A DNA stretch of 64,000 nt from Raillietiella orientalis (lineage: Eukaryota). The notes beneath the pieces were generated by a model. That model made no database searches. It was not told the origin of the DNA and saw nothing but the letters and a program-made list of their open reading frames with translations. The stretch is taken from positions 1,116,001 to 1,180,000 of the forward strand of contig JAYWIR010000039.1 of assembly GCA_036172245.1 (NCBI GenBank), in the 5' to 3' direction. The translations under genes and the position numbers were made by a program. This document shows, one piece after another, positions 26,899-40,545 of this stretch (the first letter of the stretch is position 1; every line of letters starts with the position of its first letter).

Positions 26899-28399
26899 CT
26901 CGACCGGAAGCTTCCGGAGGCAACTGAAGCGAGGTGGTCGAGGCTAGCATCTTAGAGCCCTCGTGGTAAGAGACACTGGAGGAGCAGAAGGTGAAGGAGG
27001 CATGTCTCCGAATGCCCTCAGGAACTTGCCACAAGAGAAGGGATGAGAAAGCGGTGGGACGGTGATCAGCTGGCAGGAACCTTTGCTGAGGAAAGACCTC
27101 GGAGGAGTGGAAAACACCGGAGAGCCCTGCAGCCAAACGTGGGCAGGGAAATGTGCCGTCTCCGGAAGGGAGGGGAGGAGGGGTGATGCGCGACGTTGTG
27201 ACGGACAGATGCGATGTATCCTCCTCGCGAAGGAGAGGATTCGTAGGCATGTGTTTGGACAGCGAAGGATCCTGTCGATCTTCGAGAGTGACTTCTTCAT
27301 CAAGGTGTCTCTTCAAGGTGTTCCCTCCGAAGGCAAGAGCAAAGAGCCCGAGCAATGTCCTCACAATCGAGGAAGACTCTAGAAGGGCGGGCACACTTCG
27401 ATGGGTCTCACCAATAAGTGAGAGAAAAGGGCAACAAGACTGGCAAAGGCGCGGGGACGACGTATCTTCTCCTTAGTTACTTCGCGTCGGTCAGAGAAGA
27501 TGAATTTACCTTCTCCCAGTCTCTATAAAGGGTGTTATCTCTTTTCCCGTTTATGAGCTTGGGATTAATGCTTCTCTATGAACGTCGCCACTCAGGATTT
27601 CCTTCGGCGGGGATTCGAGAACTCGGGGGACTCTCCCGCGAGCTACGCGGAACGAAAAGCTGACCTGAGCTGACCACGAAAACCTGAGCTCCCCTGCTCC
27701 GTCGCTGACACGACCCAACCAGGCAGGGTCTCCAAGCTCTCCCGAGACGCGGTGGCGGGGCAGGACAGGTGATCCTCACGCGCAGCAGCAGAACAGCAGA
27801 AGTTGCCTCGCTTATGGACTAGGAGAGCTCAACCTCCTAATCTCCCAAAGTGCGTCCCCTTTCCCCTTGGCTCAGTTCTGATCTGTGCACGTCCTTCCCT
27901 TCATTCTTTCTCAGATCCCTAATTTCAGCCACGTTCTCATATCTGACGTATAATGATGAGGGCGATGACTACCGCCTCTTCCCGCATCCTGTGGCATGGT
28001 TCCCCCTCACGAACCCCGAATTGGGGGACTCTGATCAACCTGCGATCCTACCGATCTTCGACACACGAGTGGACGATCTGTGAAGCTTACTGCGAGGTTT
28101 CACCGGAACGCGGTGAGGCAGCGAAGTCTCATCTTCAGCTGTGTCCTCCTCCACCGACCATGGAAGATTTCCCCTATCGATTGCAGAGACCAGCCCACGT
28201 GACCGGACATGACTAGGGTAGGGGCGGGTTAGACCGGCCTTACTCACCTCCCACCTCACACTCGGTCTCTGGAAACGTTCGAGGAGAAACTTTTCACGAC
28301 CTCCGGAAGCTGGAAAGCTGCGTTTTGCGTACAAAATGGCAGTTCAGGACCAGGGACCCCGTTCGTTTCAAGATTCCAGTAAAATCCTTAAGGTTTAGG

Positions 28400-30000
28400 C
28401 AAGGAGTTGCTCTGTATGCTCTTATGGAGAAGAAGAGAAGTTCCAGGGATTCTTGAATTTTAAGAAGAAACTACGAGGAAGGTTCTTTTGGTGATTTCCT
28501 TGCTCCTTTTGACTGCTTCTCTCCTCGAAGTTCTCCCAGGGCTTGCAGGGAATGAAAATCTCGAAGCGGACGAGTGTTTCTTCACAGAAAATCCAAATTT
28601 TAGAACTGATTTTCTCTCCCTCCATTTTCTTGAATTCCTTCTTTCGGTTGATGGGACACGAGAACTGCGATCCAAAAAACGGCTTTTTCTCGAATGCTGG
28701 TGGGGGGGGGGAAGGCTACGCTCTTGGTCAAGGACACCTGGTAGTGAAATTCGATGCAAAGAGCTTCGTTCTCGCAAAGTTTTCTTTGAGATCATTTAAG
28801 TGGTGTGTAGAAAAGCGACGCGGATGCCATAGACAGCAACATCCTAGCATTGGAAGCAGTGTCATTGAAAAACACACTGTTGAGTCTTTTTCCGTTTTTT
28901 CTTCCTGATGTCTGGTTTTATGATATGAAAGTCTTTGTGATGGTTTGGCATTCCCAGATCAAGACTTTATCTTGCATAGAACCTTCTAATCTTGTCCCCT
29001 GAAGAGAAACAAAAAAAAAGGAAGGAAGACTTTCGCATTATAGAAAGAGGACTCCGAGCAGCACCGAAGTATCCCTAGCAGCATTGGAAACTGGAGATCA
29101 AAAAGATAGCAATCGTTGACTGCAGAAAACGCCCCACGCACTATCAACGAAGACCGTCTCCCTGACAGAAGTCGATGTTTTAGTTCTGGCAACCGTCGGG
29201 ATTCTCCAGTATTTCCAGGAACAACTCGTTTCGATCTTTACTGTAGAATGAAGGAAAATTTTATGGGAGACAAAAAGGAATTACGAGAATGGGAATCTTT
29301 CCTGTATCTATCGATGCTTTTGGAATAAGTCGTACTGCACCTGAGACAAGAGGACAGTCATTATAACTGTCGAGTCTCCAAGAAAGAAAAACTCTTTAAA
29401 AAACGACTAAGAAGGCACTTCTGCACGTTTGAGTATCCAGCAAAATCCAGAGGACTTAGTTTTTCTTGCTTTAAAAAGACATCATGAACAGCTAGTAACG
29501 TCCATATGCAATGCAACAGACCTTCGCCTCTGATCCCAGGGAACTCGGGAAACGGCCATCTTGTTTTTCAAAAGCTCACTATGCGACAGGGTGCAAGACC
29601 GAATGCTAGAAAGTGCCGACTGCAATGGGCAAAAAAATTCTTGAGAAAGACGGTTTTCGACCTTGGAGGCACTCCCCGAAAGGTGAAGAATTTGGCATCG
29701 ATGACCCCAAAACCAATCGTATCACGATTCGTTTCCTGCTTCCTCTTTGGAGGCTTTGGTGGACCAAATCTCCTTCTTGCAACAGTCGTTCCATTAGCCC
29801 ATCTTGTTTCATCAGATGTTGGCGACACTCACCGGCAACAAAAAAAACTGCCTCTTGGTGACCACCTTGTAATTCAGTAAAGGATGACTCAGAAATGAAA
29901 GGGATCTCTTGGCATAAGGGGAAGAACTTCTCCAAGTACTCTCAAGGAGTCCGCCTGCCTCATTTCCCGGGGACCAAGTGGCAGCATCTTTGCTTTTTCG
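28400..30000 (+). mobile_element. Possible decayed hAT-type transposase
   Basis: Lower-GC block with PGTTRFDLYCRM (PxxTRWxSxxxM) and SDPR (LDPR) in order. Very weak. Confidence 0.25.
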
Positions 30001-31494
30001 ACGCCCTTTGTCTTTCGTGCCCCACGTCCTCCTAGTCCAGACGACGACGAGCAAAAGAAGGCGGTCGCTGGTGACCAGGAGGCTTCGTCGGAGAGCAGTG
30101 CTCGTGAGACACTGCGCCGGCAATGCGGCAGGGTTCGCGACCATCGGGCAAGGCACTGCGAGGATGGCACCAAACTAGGATAGATTTCTTTCTGTGTATT
30201 GAAGGCTTGAACCGCTAGAAATGTCCATCGACAAGTGTGAACTGAAAAGGCCCACCATCCCAGAGGAGAACTGGGAGCCCTCTGCAGTCAGAATCGCATC
30301 AATGCAAAGGAACCAGGGACAGAAGGAACCCGGTGCGGACAAGAAGGCGTCACGAAGGCGAACGTCACTCAAAAGTCCCCAGGAGAAGGGGGCAATGGCT
30401 CCGGGACCGCTTTCCGGGAACCTGCCTTCCCGAACCCGAAAAAACGGAATCGAACCTGTACAAACTCCATCAAGGGCTCCCCGAAGAGCCCGAACGGGCT
30501 GCTCCCCTTGATGACGCTGTTTGGGACCTCGAGTGCGTGCACTTCGTCAAGGCGGGGTCGGATGTCGCTGAGAGGCTGCCAGTCTGAGCGAATGGACTCC
30601 CCTGCTGAAGGAATTCCGGGTACGAGGACGAAACCCGCGATCAGCAGGGATAAGGATGATGAATTGGTAGATCATCCGCCCCTCCCCATTCTTCTCACTC
30701 AGTTCCAAACTTTTCCGACTAAGAAAATAGGTAGCCGGAGATCATCAAGTTCGACAGCAGCGTGCATCGATCTCGTCGGTAGAGCTCCGTTGATCGGTGT
30801 GGAGAATTACCTATCGGAAAGAGTACCGGCAAACGAGAAGAGAGCAATCTGAGTACGCCACCCACACAAGGGTGCGCAGACGAGCTGCAAGCGGCATGGC
30901 AGACGAAGGAGCAGCCATCTGGAATGACACGAGGTGGTCCAGTCCTCGGTCCGAATTTTTCAAGCACAAAGAGTTTTGATGGCAGATCCAAGCATATCTC
31001 TGCAGTAACCTTCCTTACTTCTCCTTCGACGCCCAGGGCGAGCGACGCAGCCGCACGCACCCGGAAGAATGGAACGTGCAGTAGCTACGAGGCGTTGGCA
31101 GAAATGGGACTCGAGAAGCGGAAGCGGGGAAGAAAGTAGACTCCCTCTGGAGGATGTTCTGCTGCTGCTTTCGTATCCTCCCGTGAACTCGAAAGTAGGA
31201 CAAAGAAGAAACCAAGATGCAGCGCTGGACCGTCCGCTTTGTCCCTAGATCCAGCGTTCATCCCGACGTCAGCTGAATATTCTGGGGCTTTCACCAACCG
31301 CAGTCCGGAAACGGAAGTCAGGACCGGTAATCAGCCCAATTTATGTGTGGGGCATTCGTGTTGAAGAATGACACTAAGAACTGAGTACTGGAAGTGGAAA
31401 GCCTCCCACACCTAACCGGTCCTACGCAACCTACCGGAGGCTGGAAGGTCACCTCCAAACCGATCTCGGCATTTTCGCCTTCCTTGTCAGAGTC

Positions 31495-32181
31495 AGCCCA
31501 CGTTGGCAGCCGTGTGGCCTCGGTCTCCTCACGTGGTACCAGGCGTCGCGGGCTCGAACCCCCACGTGGAGGATCGACTCCGAGAGTGGGAGGGCGACAT
31601 GGTGTCGAGTTCCCTCCCCCCCCCCCTTCCGTAGGATGACGCTGGATTCAGGTGCGGCACCTTGGTGGAAGCTGGAAAACGGAACTCTCCTCCGATTGTG
31701 AAAATAGAGCCGTCTCTTTCCTCAAGGGATGACCCTCCATAGCGTGCCATTGAGCTGGTGGATCGATACCTCTCCAGAGTACAAGCGCGCTGCTCCGATC
31801 AAGCAACGGCCCTCCAGAGAGAAATCAGGAAGCACCCCTTCGGGGTTCCCTTCAGAGGAGGAAGCAGGAAGTGGTTCCCTTGCTGGCGAGTTCCCTCTGG
31901 AGAAGAAATGAGGACCTGCGTCCTCCAGGGGACCCTTACGGAGAAAATAAGGAAGAGGTCCCTTTCAGGGTTCTCTTCGGAGTTTCCTCTTAAGCGAAAG
32001 AGAGGAATCGCCTTCCTCCTGCCTTCCTGAATTCATAGGTTGGTCCCTCCAGGGTGATCCCCTATAACATGAAGAGTTACACGCACCCTCGGGCGGCGCG
32101 GGCAGTCTTTAAAGAACTTCGGGAGTCCTCCCAAAAGAGGCGAACGTTTCTTCAGCACAGAGAGAACCGAAAAAAAAAAAA
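31495..32181 (+). mobile_element. tRNA-derived SINE, copy 3
   Basis: Head with TGGCAGCCGTGTGG and GGCTCGAACCC, shared body, 3' end gaggcgaacgtttcttcagcac and an A12 tail at 32170-32181. Confidence 0.8.
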
Positions 32182-33299
32182 GTCAAGGGTCAGGAAAATA
32201 CCATGTGGGTTGTCCAGGTCTTACTTCACCCTTCCTTGAGAACAAGAAGGAGGAAGACAAGAATTTGATCTTGGACCTTTACATGGCATTCTCCTTTCGT
32301 TGGGGCTGACCACATAATTGAGATAACCGCAAGGAAATTGCATTTCAGGAGGATCCTGCTTTTTCCTGGCTTTCAGCTTCCGGAAAAGGCAGGAGTTTCT
32401 TTCCTGAAAAACCCTGGAGCAAGCCAGGAAGCCGACCATTCCTTGGATGCCCTTCGCTGAGTTCCGCGAAGGTCATTCCCCTGCTCCAGGGGGACTCCAT
32501 GTGTGAGGAAGCAGCATTGAGCGTTCGATCGGCCTGCAAGGGAATGGGATATTGGCTCCGTTCCCACACCGATGGCTACGGCGGAGCCTCAGAGGTTCGA
32601 GCCCAAGAGACCACGCAGTTTTGCCTCCCGGTCGCGCCAGAGGCCAACGCATTGGAGACCCTGTCCGTCAGAGACCCTCTGACACCCTGATCTTGGAGGG
32701 AGGGTGCGTCCGTCGTTCCGGGGAGCCGTTCGCAGTCACCACCGCCTGCAGGAGAAGGGGCGGCGGGATGGTGCCATCCGGGATGGGAGATGCGAGGTGG
32801 GCAGAACTCAACCCAAAACCGGTGGAAGCCCCTTCTGTCCCATGCCTTCCCAACCCAGGCGCTTAGGAATCATGCCGAGTACCTAAGGCATGTCAATCCC
32901 CACTTTCTATTCATTTGTTTATTTACTGACCCTCCCTTCTCTTCCAGCCCTTCTCCCTCGTTTTGTCCCCGGACAGGGCGGTGCCTTTGTCTTTGAGGCG
33001 AGGGTCCTTCTCCAGCAACGAATATTTTATTTATTGTTGTTGAATAAATGGCGCGGCAATCCGGGATGAGACGGTCGCTGGGTCCGAGGCGTTTCTTGAA
33101 AACAAACGTGCAAAAAATAAAGGAGAGGGAACCGGAACCACGTTCCCTGTGACCCTGGTTCTGTTCCGGGGAGGGAAAGACCTGAGCACAGATCAGATCA
33201 GCCACGAGAGAGGCGCTCCTGTAAAAAGAAGAAAAAAAGAAGAGGCGGCAAATAAAAAATAAGCAAACAGGAAGGAGGGATCGAGGTTTCGTCTCCTAG

Positions 33300-34500
33300 G
33301 AGCCTTCAGCAAGGAAAGGGAAGATTCCGTGCGCGCTCCTATGCCGGAGGTGGCGCTCTTGAGCGACCTCGTCAGTCGGCAAACGATTCGAATCGGTCGG
33401 AGCTGGGAACCACCTCCCGTGCTTGCCGAGCCCGCTGGCGAGTCCATTACTCAAAAGAGCGAAAGGTTGGACACCTTTCAGCTACGTCACTCGATGATCA
33501 GCGAGAAGAGCAAACGCTTGTGGCGTCCTCCTCCTGGTGGTCACGAAATGCCGCGGAACGGGTGGTAGTGGTCAGGTTCCTCCCTCATCACCTTCAGTCG
33601 AAAGCCACAACGGAGGTCACCTCTTGGATTGCCTGCTTGGGCATCTATGCCCACCAGGGCGCTTGGCTTTTTCCGCCCCACCTCTGGCTGAAATCTGAGT
33701 CAATCTCAGTGGAATCGGACTTCTCGAAAGGAACCCTGGTGAATTCAAGGGGAAAAGTTTCATCCCTCCCCCCCCCCCCCATTACCGGAAATTTCGCACC
33801 ATTCAGAGTTACGCTGCGGGACTTTCCTTCCCAGCATCCTAAAGAGCAGTGTTCCTCCGGAAAGTGAGGGAGGGCGACCGGGAAATCGACAGCATGTTTG
33901 ACCGGAAGTCTCGTTTCTCCCCTTCCTCTTCCTCTTACTTTTTCGCGTGCTTCGGAGAGCATCCGTGGATTCCGCGCTCCTCTTCCGCCTTGGAACTCCC
34001 GCTCGCACGCTTCCCTCCTCGAAGGCTGAGCAATCCGGCAGCTCAGCCTCATTTGGAGTCCCAACAGCATCAGGGTGCGCAATTGAATGGGGAGCCTGCA
34101 AGGTTCTGGTTGAGCGGAAATGAACTCAACCCCACCCTCCATCCCTCATTTCTGTATTCTGCTCCTGGACAGCTGGCACCTCGGTCACGCACCTCGAGAT
34201 TCCCTCCGGGAGCTATCGGATTTGTTGGCGGGCGCAACACAGAGGAACGCTCGCTACACTTTGGGAAGCCTCCTACCGAATCGTCCGCATTCAACACGGA
34301 TTCCTGCGTCCCTGCTTCTGGACACCTGACCCTGTCCACAAACAACCGTATCGTCCACTCGAGACACCTCCCATTTTAAATTTTCCGTTCGAAAAGCACA
34401 AATCCTCCTTCCATCGATGGACTTCCGCTTCTGCACTACTTCGGACCCGAGTATCCCTTCGGTTGCCAGTTCCTGATCCGATCTCATCGCTTTCCGGGAT
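33300..34500 (-). mobile_element. Eroded LINE ORF2 (APE endonuclease) remnant
   Basis: TVVCG...FGRRL (IIxGDFN...GxxL), followed by APWW..KQAI. Confidence 0.35.
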
Positions 34501-35799
34501 CCACATGGCTCTCTTCAGCAGCCCTGCTTCCGTTGCGTTCCCGAAATGCCTTCCTTCCCTTCTCACGCAGGTGTTCCGAAGGGGCTGCGAATAAGTGAAA
34601 CAGGGAATCTCCATCATCTCGGAGCGATCGATGGGAAGCGGAAGCGACGTTCCAGAAATGACGTCAGAAACATCCGGGTGGTGGGAAGACAGGGCGCGCC
34701 GAGACTCAAATAAAATCAAGGACGGATAAAAAAGTACCCGGAACATCACGTGTGGTGACGTCATGGCGGACGCTCATCTGAGGAAGAAAACCGCCTCAGC
34801 CTCCGCGCCGCACGACTCAACAACGGACATATCTCGTCGCAAGGCTCCCAATCGACTGATCAACAGAATGCCAGGGTCTGCCTAACCTACCCGACAAAAC
34901 CGGCAACTTCGCCGCTGGCAGATTTCACGAGACTGCTTGCCAAAGTCCTTGAAGCCCGTGAGGCGACAGAGCGAAAGTGCAGATTCGCCCCTCCAGCTGT
35001 GGGAAGTCCCGTTCTGTTTCTGCATCGGCGGCGCCGTGGTTCTCCATCGTCCGAAAAACTTGCGGAGCTGGGGGATGGATGGCCGTGCTACTCCACAGCC
35101 CCTGGGGGACTGGCCGAGCGATGTTACAGACGGACCCGTCAGAATGCAAGGGGGGAAGTTGCTTTCAGGTAGAGGGAGCGACCCCGTAATTGGAACAGCG
35201 GAAGAGAAGACCGAGGAGGATGGAAAAAATAAGACCGGTTTCTGGTTTCTCGGAGGCAGGATGGCGGAGCACGCGGGCCTGCGGGAAGGGACGCGGAGCG
35301 TGTGGTCCAGACGTGAACAGCGCGCGAGGAGTTTTTTCTTCCGGATTCCGGCGTCTGGAAGCGGAGAAACACTGTGGTGTTTACAAGTCCGAGACTCCTC
35401 CAGGATTCTTCTTCGAAAGGGGAGGGGAAGTGGGCAGAGCTCCTTGACTCTTTCAGACTCAAGAACGATGAGAGCGTTTCAAGCTCCGGAAAGCGATGTG
35501 AGGGAAGGGTGCGCAGTGGCTGCCACCAGTGCAAAGCAAAGGAGGAGACATGTACCGACCCAAAGCGCTCAAAGATGCAGATAAAGATGCAGGGAAGTGA
35601 TGAGTCGTTCCATTGCTTGCTGATTCCCTCTGCGTTTTCAAGACTTGCCGGGCGAAGACGCCACGGGAATGACGCCAGGCATCTGAACAAGGCGAGCGCG
35701 GGCACATCTGGCACAGAGTTTCTTCCGTGTCCTCCTCGATGCGGGAGGCGGAAGTCTCTCTTCAGCAGTCCTGCGAACCCTTCCCTCTCTTGCTGAACT

Positions 35800-37150
35800 C
35801 TGAGCCGCCGTGTGAGACGGAGCAGTCAGAGCGGGGCGCTCAACTGGGCTGCGGGCCGATCAACAGGAGGAGCCTCGGTCCGCCTGACCTCGACGGCAAG
35901 ACCGGCAATTTCGCCGCTGGCAGATTGCTCGAGCTGCTGACCACCCGGACCCAACAGCGCGAGGTTTGTTCCGGAGGATGCCGCGCGGTGAAGAAACGGT
36001 CACCGGGCGCACAGCGACATTCCGCGACACGTAAGGCCACCTCTTGCCGCTCGACAGTGGACCGCGCCCGACACCCAGCAGGACGGCGCTTCAGGGCACC
36101 TCTCGTTCGGCGACCCTGGTTCGACCCAGACAGGGTCGTGTGGCGCGACGGACGACACCCTTGACGGTCAGAAGACGCACCGCGAGAGGAGAGTCCCCCC
36201 GAAGCATGCCCCCGGTCGCTGACCGAACCGCCAGACCGTGACTGGCGAAAGGCGCGGAGGACCGGCAGCCCAAGGGCAGGATGGTCACTCTGGAACAACC
36301 GGGAACGCTGGTGGCCTCCGGCCCTCCCGTCCCAGCATTCGATGCAGAGCGGAAACCGCGTCCAGGGCGAAGAGAAAGCACTCTCCTCGAGCTCCGCCCA
36401 CACCAAAGGAGAGCACTCGGCGGCGTCGCCAGAAGAGGTGAGGCGGAGGAAGACGAAGGCCCGTGTCGAGGACCGCCCCTTCCCTCCTCGCCTCCGGAAG
36501 AGCAGCCGCGACAGCAGGAGCGTTCGCAGTGGGTTGCCCGCGGCTCTGAGACTCGACGGATGAGGGAATGCCGAGTGAATCGAAGATTCCAGGGAGATAG
36601 GCAGGAGACAGGCGGTGTTCTCAGGTACTTGATGCTCGCGGGACGCGTTTCGGGAGCACCAGACGGGTCGTCTTCCTCGAGGGAAGGGTCTCCGACCGAC
36701 GGCGACGAAGCAGCCGTCCCGAGAGGACTGCTGCTTTTCCTGGGACGCGCTGAGATCGGAAGAGGACGACTCCGATCCGGCCCTTTCTTCGCCGCCGGAT
36801 CGCGAGGTTCGCAGACCGAATCTCCTCCCCCTGGGGCTGGGAATCCTCGAAGAAAGAGGAGGACCACGTGCGTGGACGTCGTCCGGTGCTCTGCACGCAC
36901 GAAACTCCCTTCCGGCATCGCGGTATGGCGCCATCTCGTGCTGACGCCAGCGGGCACAGAGTCTCTGTGGTCATCAACACTGAGTGAGTTAGCCTGGAGG
37001 TTGGTGCCAGGCTCCTGCTCCTGGCCCTGTCTTCGAGATTCGATCCGGTGCCCCGAAACGACGACCGCACTGCTCGACGGGTCGCGAGCCCTCAGGAACC
37101 CTCGGGTCCGGCCGTCTGCCGGAGAGTGGCGGAGCCGCCACGTGTCCGGG
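35800..37150 (-). mobile_element. Eroded LINE RT remnant (possibly R1/I-like)
   Basis: EPGTN, AKKGPDRSRPLPIS (PKxGK..YRPISL), ISLESSIHS..HPSSL..AG.P and SPLVW (GPLLW) appear in order. Confidence 0.45.
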
Positions 37151-37999
37151 CGGAAAGGGAGGGTTTGCGCTCCCGATGCCCCTCCCGTAGGCTCCCGCCT
37201 CTCCTGAGCTACGCCAAGGGCGTGGCATGGACCCGGCTCGTCTGGCGAAGGGAGGCTGGGCGGGCTCAGCTCCCAGCCTCGAAGTTCCCCACGCGTGCAC
37301 CCATCTCTACGGGGACTGATGATGGTGCGGAACCCGTCCTTGTGCCTGGTCTGGTAATCGGACGTTCCAGTGCCCCCTAGCTGTGGTGCAGAGTGTCCTT
37401 CATCCCCACTAGAGGCCATCGCAGGGGAGCTTCAGCTTCCCGATGAGTCTCGGAAGGGTCGTCCTCCTCTTCGTGCCTACCTCGATGACCACATCCTCCC
37501 TGACACTTGCGTGAGCAAAGGCAGGATGCGAAGGGGAGGGGAGGAGAAGAAAGGGAGGAGGAGGAGGAGGAGGTCGGCTGCTGTGAGCTGCGACGGGTGG
37601 CCCTAGGAGGTGGCGCGAAAGGGAGACTCCGGAAGATCGTGGCCCAGACCCGTTCGCGACCGGTGACAGCGGAGCAGTTCCTCTCCTTCGATCCCGACCT
37701 CAACTCAGATCCTCGGGAGTCGTGTTCGTCATGGCTGGTTCAGCTGCCTTCGTTCTGGCTCTACTTGGGATGGAGGACGGAGAGGAATCTTTCATTGGGC
37801 TTGGTCCGGCGATCGGACGCTTCTGCGAACTGTCTCCTCCGCGCCCGGACGAGGCGGTGCGCAGGAATCTCCAAGCCGCCCTCTCCTCGGTGAGGGATGG
37901 AGAACTCCAGTTTCGCTCTACGAGCTCTGGATGCTTAGGGCGGCGTCGAAGCTTTGAGGGACTTCAGGCAATGAGCCTCGACCGTACTCGGACAGCGGG

Positions 38000-38253
38000 A
38001 AATATCCGACGACGATGAATTGCAAGCACTGACGAGGATCCACATGGAATTTCGGGCGATCTTCTCCTCCTCCAGCGGTGGAGGGACCCTCCGGCCTGCT
38101 CAGCACGATTTGGCGCATCCAGTGACAATGTCCGGGGACCCAGTGACGATAATCTTCGCTGTTCTGCAGATGAGATGATGACAGCAGTAGCCTCTCTGGT
38201 GGATGCATCCCTCTCTGGGTCGCTTGATTTCTGGAGCAGCTCTTCGCCTCCAA
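38000..38253 (-). mobile_element. Possible retroelement RNase H fragment
   Basis: HWVPGHC matches the WVPGH motif of LINE-type RNase H. The flanks are degenerate. Confidence 0.35.
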
Positions 38254-38399
38254 GCAGCAGTGGGATGGCGTCCGGTCACTCTGGTGCGTCCGTGCGCGAT
38301 GACGTGTGCCCTCCGCGCCTCCTCCTCTTCCCTCCCTCCGACGCGCGAGCTCCAGGAACCGAGATGTCCAGGAACACTCGGAAGGATCGCTCTTTCAAA

Positions 38400-39500
38400 G
38401 GGTTTCAAGGACGAACCTTCCCGACCAGCACCTCCGAATCTTCGGTGCGCACTGCAGCGACGGATCGCGAGCCGGAGAGGTGGCGCTCTTACAAGGACGG
38501 AGAAGCGCAAGTGGGACCCTCCGGGAAGCTTGGGAACCAACGAATGAGCGTAAACAAAGAGCTCGTTCGGCTCGCCCTCCGCTCCTCGCTGCCGTCAGTA
38601 ATTCTCTTGAGAGGAACGAAGCGCTTTCGACGCTCCCCTGGCGGTAATTCTGGATGGTCTTCCCAAAGCACCCTCGAACAACCGATGTGGAGAGACGAAG
38701 AGGGCGAAGAAGTGATGGATCTTTCTATCAGCAAGTCCCCGTCTCGAGAACGGAACGGGTCCAGAAGCTGGTCAGTGGCTGGCCAGAATTTATTGCTTCC
38801 TGCCCCCGATCAGTCCCGCGGTACGAGCCCAGAGGTTTTTTCACTTCCTGAATCCCCCGCGAGGGCAGCGCTGTTGCTTTTGACTGAGAGCCCTTCTGGA
38901 GTCCTTGGCATCAGAACCTCCGATGCCTCCCACCTCTGCACCCTCTCGCGACGAACGAGCTGCCCTTCCACAGCTCGAGTGGCGATCCCTCGCTTCCCCG
39001 GCCGGCAAGACGCGGCTCCTCCCGACGTCAGGTTCTCTCCTAGGGTCGCACACGGGGAGGATGCCTTTCCTGCAGGAGGGCGCCATCTCGCGCGCGGCGG
39101 AGCAGCCGCAACGGCAGGGCCTGGACCGTTGCGAAAGTGCGTTGCGCAACGACCAACTGGTGTAGCCAACCCGGCGTGCCTGAAGGGGCGGACGGAGGGA
39201 GGAGGATGAGGAGGAGGAACGGGGTTCTTTCGAACCCGCCCCTCCGGATGGTCGGGGAAGGCGCTCGTCGCACGTGGCTCCACGGCAACTGCTTCCAATC
39301 TTGTGAGGCGCTCGTCCTCCTCGGGACAACCTGCCCCGTGGGAGTTTCCGAGACGACGGCGTGCGCGGAGTGGCGGTTCTCTCGCAGGGCTGGAGACGAG
39401 CCATGCGCCGTGGAGGTCCCCCGTTTCCGCGGAGGTGGCCCGTCCTCTGTGCCCGCGGGTTCGGGTCGTCAGGTCAGAAGAGGAAACGGGCGTTCCTCAG
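38400..39500 (+). mobile_element. Eroded LINE ORF2 (linker plus RT) remnant
   Basis: PMWRDEEGEEVMD, ESPSGVLGI, CPSTARVAIPRFPGR...VRFSP, RTWLHG..F and EVPR..GGP appear in RT order. Confidence 0.45.
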
Positions 39501-40545
39501 CATCCGTTGACTGCACCGAGCTCTTCACCCCTCTTCGCCTTATCCCTTTTTGCTTTTTTCTTTTCGCATCTCGGGAGAGGGGATGCTGCGCCTCCTTACC
39601 GCCAGCACGTTCCACCATCACGCCGCGCGCCGAAGCACCGGAATTCCCGCCGGAGTCTCCGAAGGGAACCTCTCGGCAGGAAGTCGCCGTCTGGGAGACG
39701 CCCGTATCGTCGGAAACCTGCTGCAGACCACCCGGGATGGACTCCAGTGGTGACCTCAGCAACCACGCGCAGGAGCAAACGCGCACTATTCGCATGCGGA
39801 GCTTCTGGCGCGGTGGGAATTGCGGCTGCTTTTTTTCGTCTTTGCATTTTTTTTTTTTTTTTTGCAAGAATGCGCATCCTCTAAAGGAGGCAGAGAAACC
39901 GCTCTTGGAAACAATCACTCATCATCAGAGATAATTGCTGATCATTTCGCGTCACATGCCATCCTGTGATGCAGCTCTCATCCTCAGTAGCAACTCATTT
40001 CTCTCCCATTAAGAGAGACACTGCAGTTTTGATTCGTAGCCCACGTGGGCGCCGCCTTGGTCGCGAGTGACGTGCCGGATGGGTCGTGCGGAGAGGAACC
40101 GAACCCTCCTCCACGATGGTAGCGGACGGCTCCTCTCCTGCCGGAACTGAGCCGCGACGGCCATCGGGTCCTGCATCCCGCGACGGAAGGGGAAGCTTTC
40201 GTCCGCTCGCGGGTACTTGGGTTTGGGCCCCCAAAGCAGATGAGAAAGGTTGCTACTCCAGGGCAGCAACCCTTCTCATCCCCCGAATCGAAAACAGCAG
40301 GACCATCGATGGCGGATGATTTAGAACGAAAAGAAGCTGCGTCCCCCTTTCGCTCGAAAGCAGCGGCCTTCCGACTCGACGCCACCAGCGCATCGTAGTG
40401 GGTTTGCACTCGGTCACTCCGGGACGTTTACCTACGAAGAAATAAACGAAAAACCGAAGGAAGGAAGTGTCCCCTAAATACAAAAAAAAAATTTCATTGG
40501 GAATGACCACTGGTACGCAGGCCGACCGGTACGGAAGTCCGCGGA

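Noticed and set aside
31495..31570. Functional tRNA genes at the SINE heads
   Set aside because: The cloverleaf and anticodon are inconsistent between copies, and each head is fused to the same ~600 bp body.
34763..34885. Peptide MADAH...DSTTDISRRKAPNRLI resembling the VCP/CDC48 N-terminus
   Set aside because: The similarity spans only ~10 residues, the frame stops at codon 41, and there is no splice donor or downstream VCP-like sequence.
38175..39209. 344 aa ATG ORF with a VMDLS (CtBP-like) motif as a host gene
   Set aside because: Its residues line up in order with eroded LINE ORF2 linker/RT motifs, so it is better explained as a dead retroelement.
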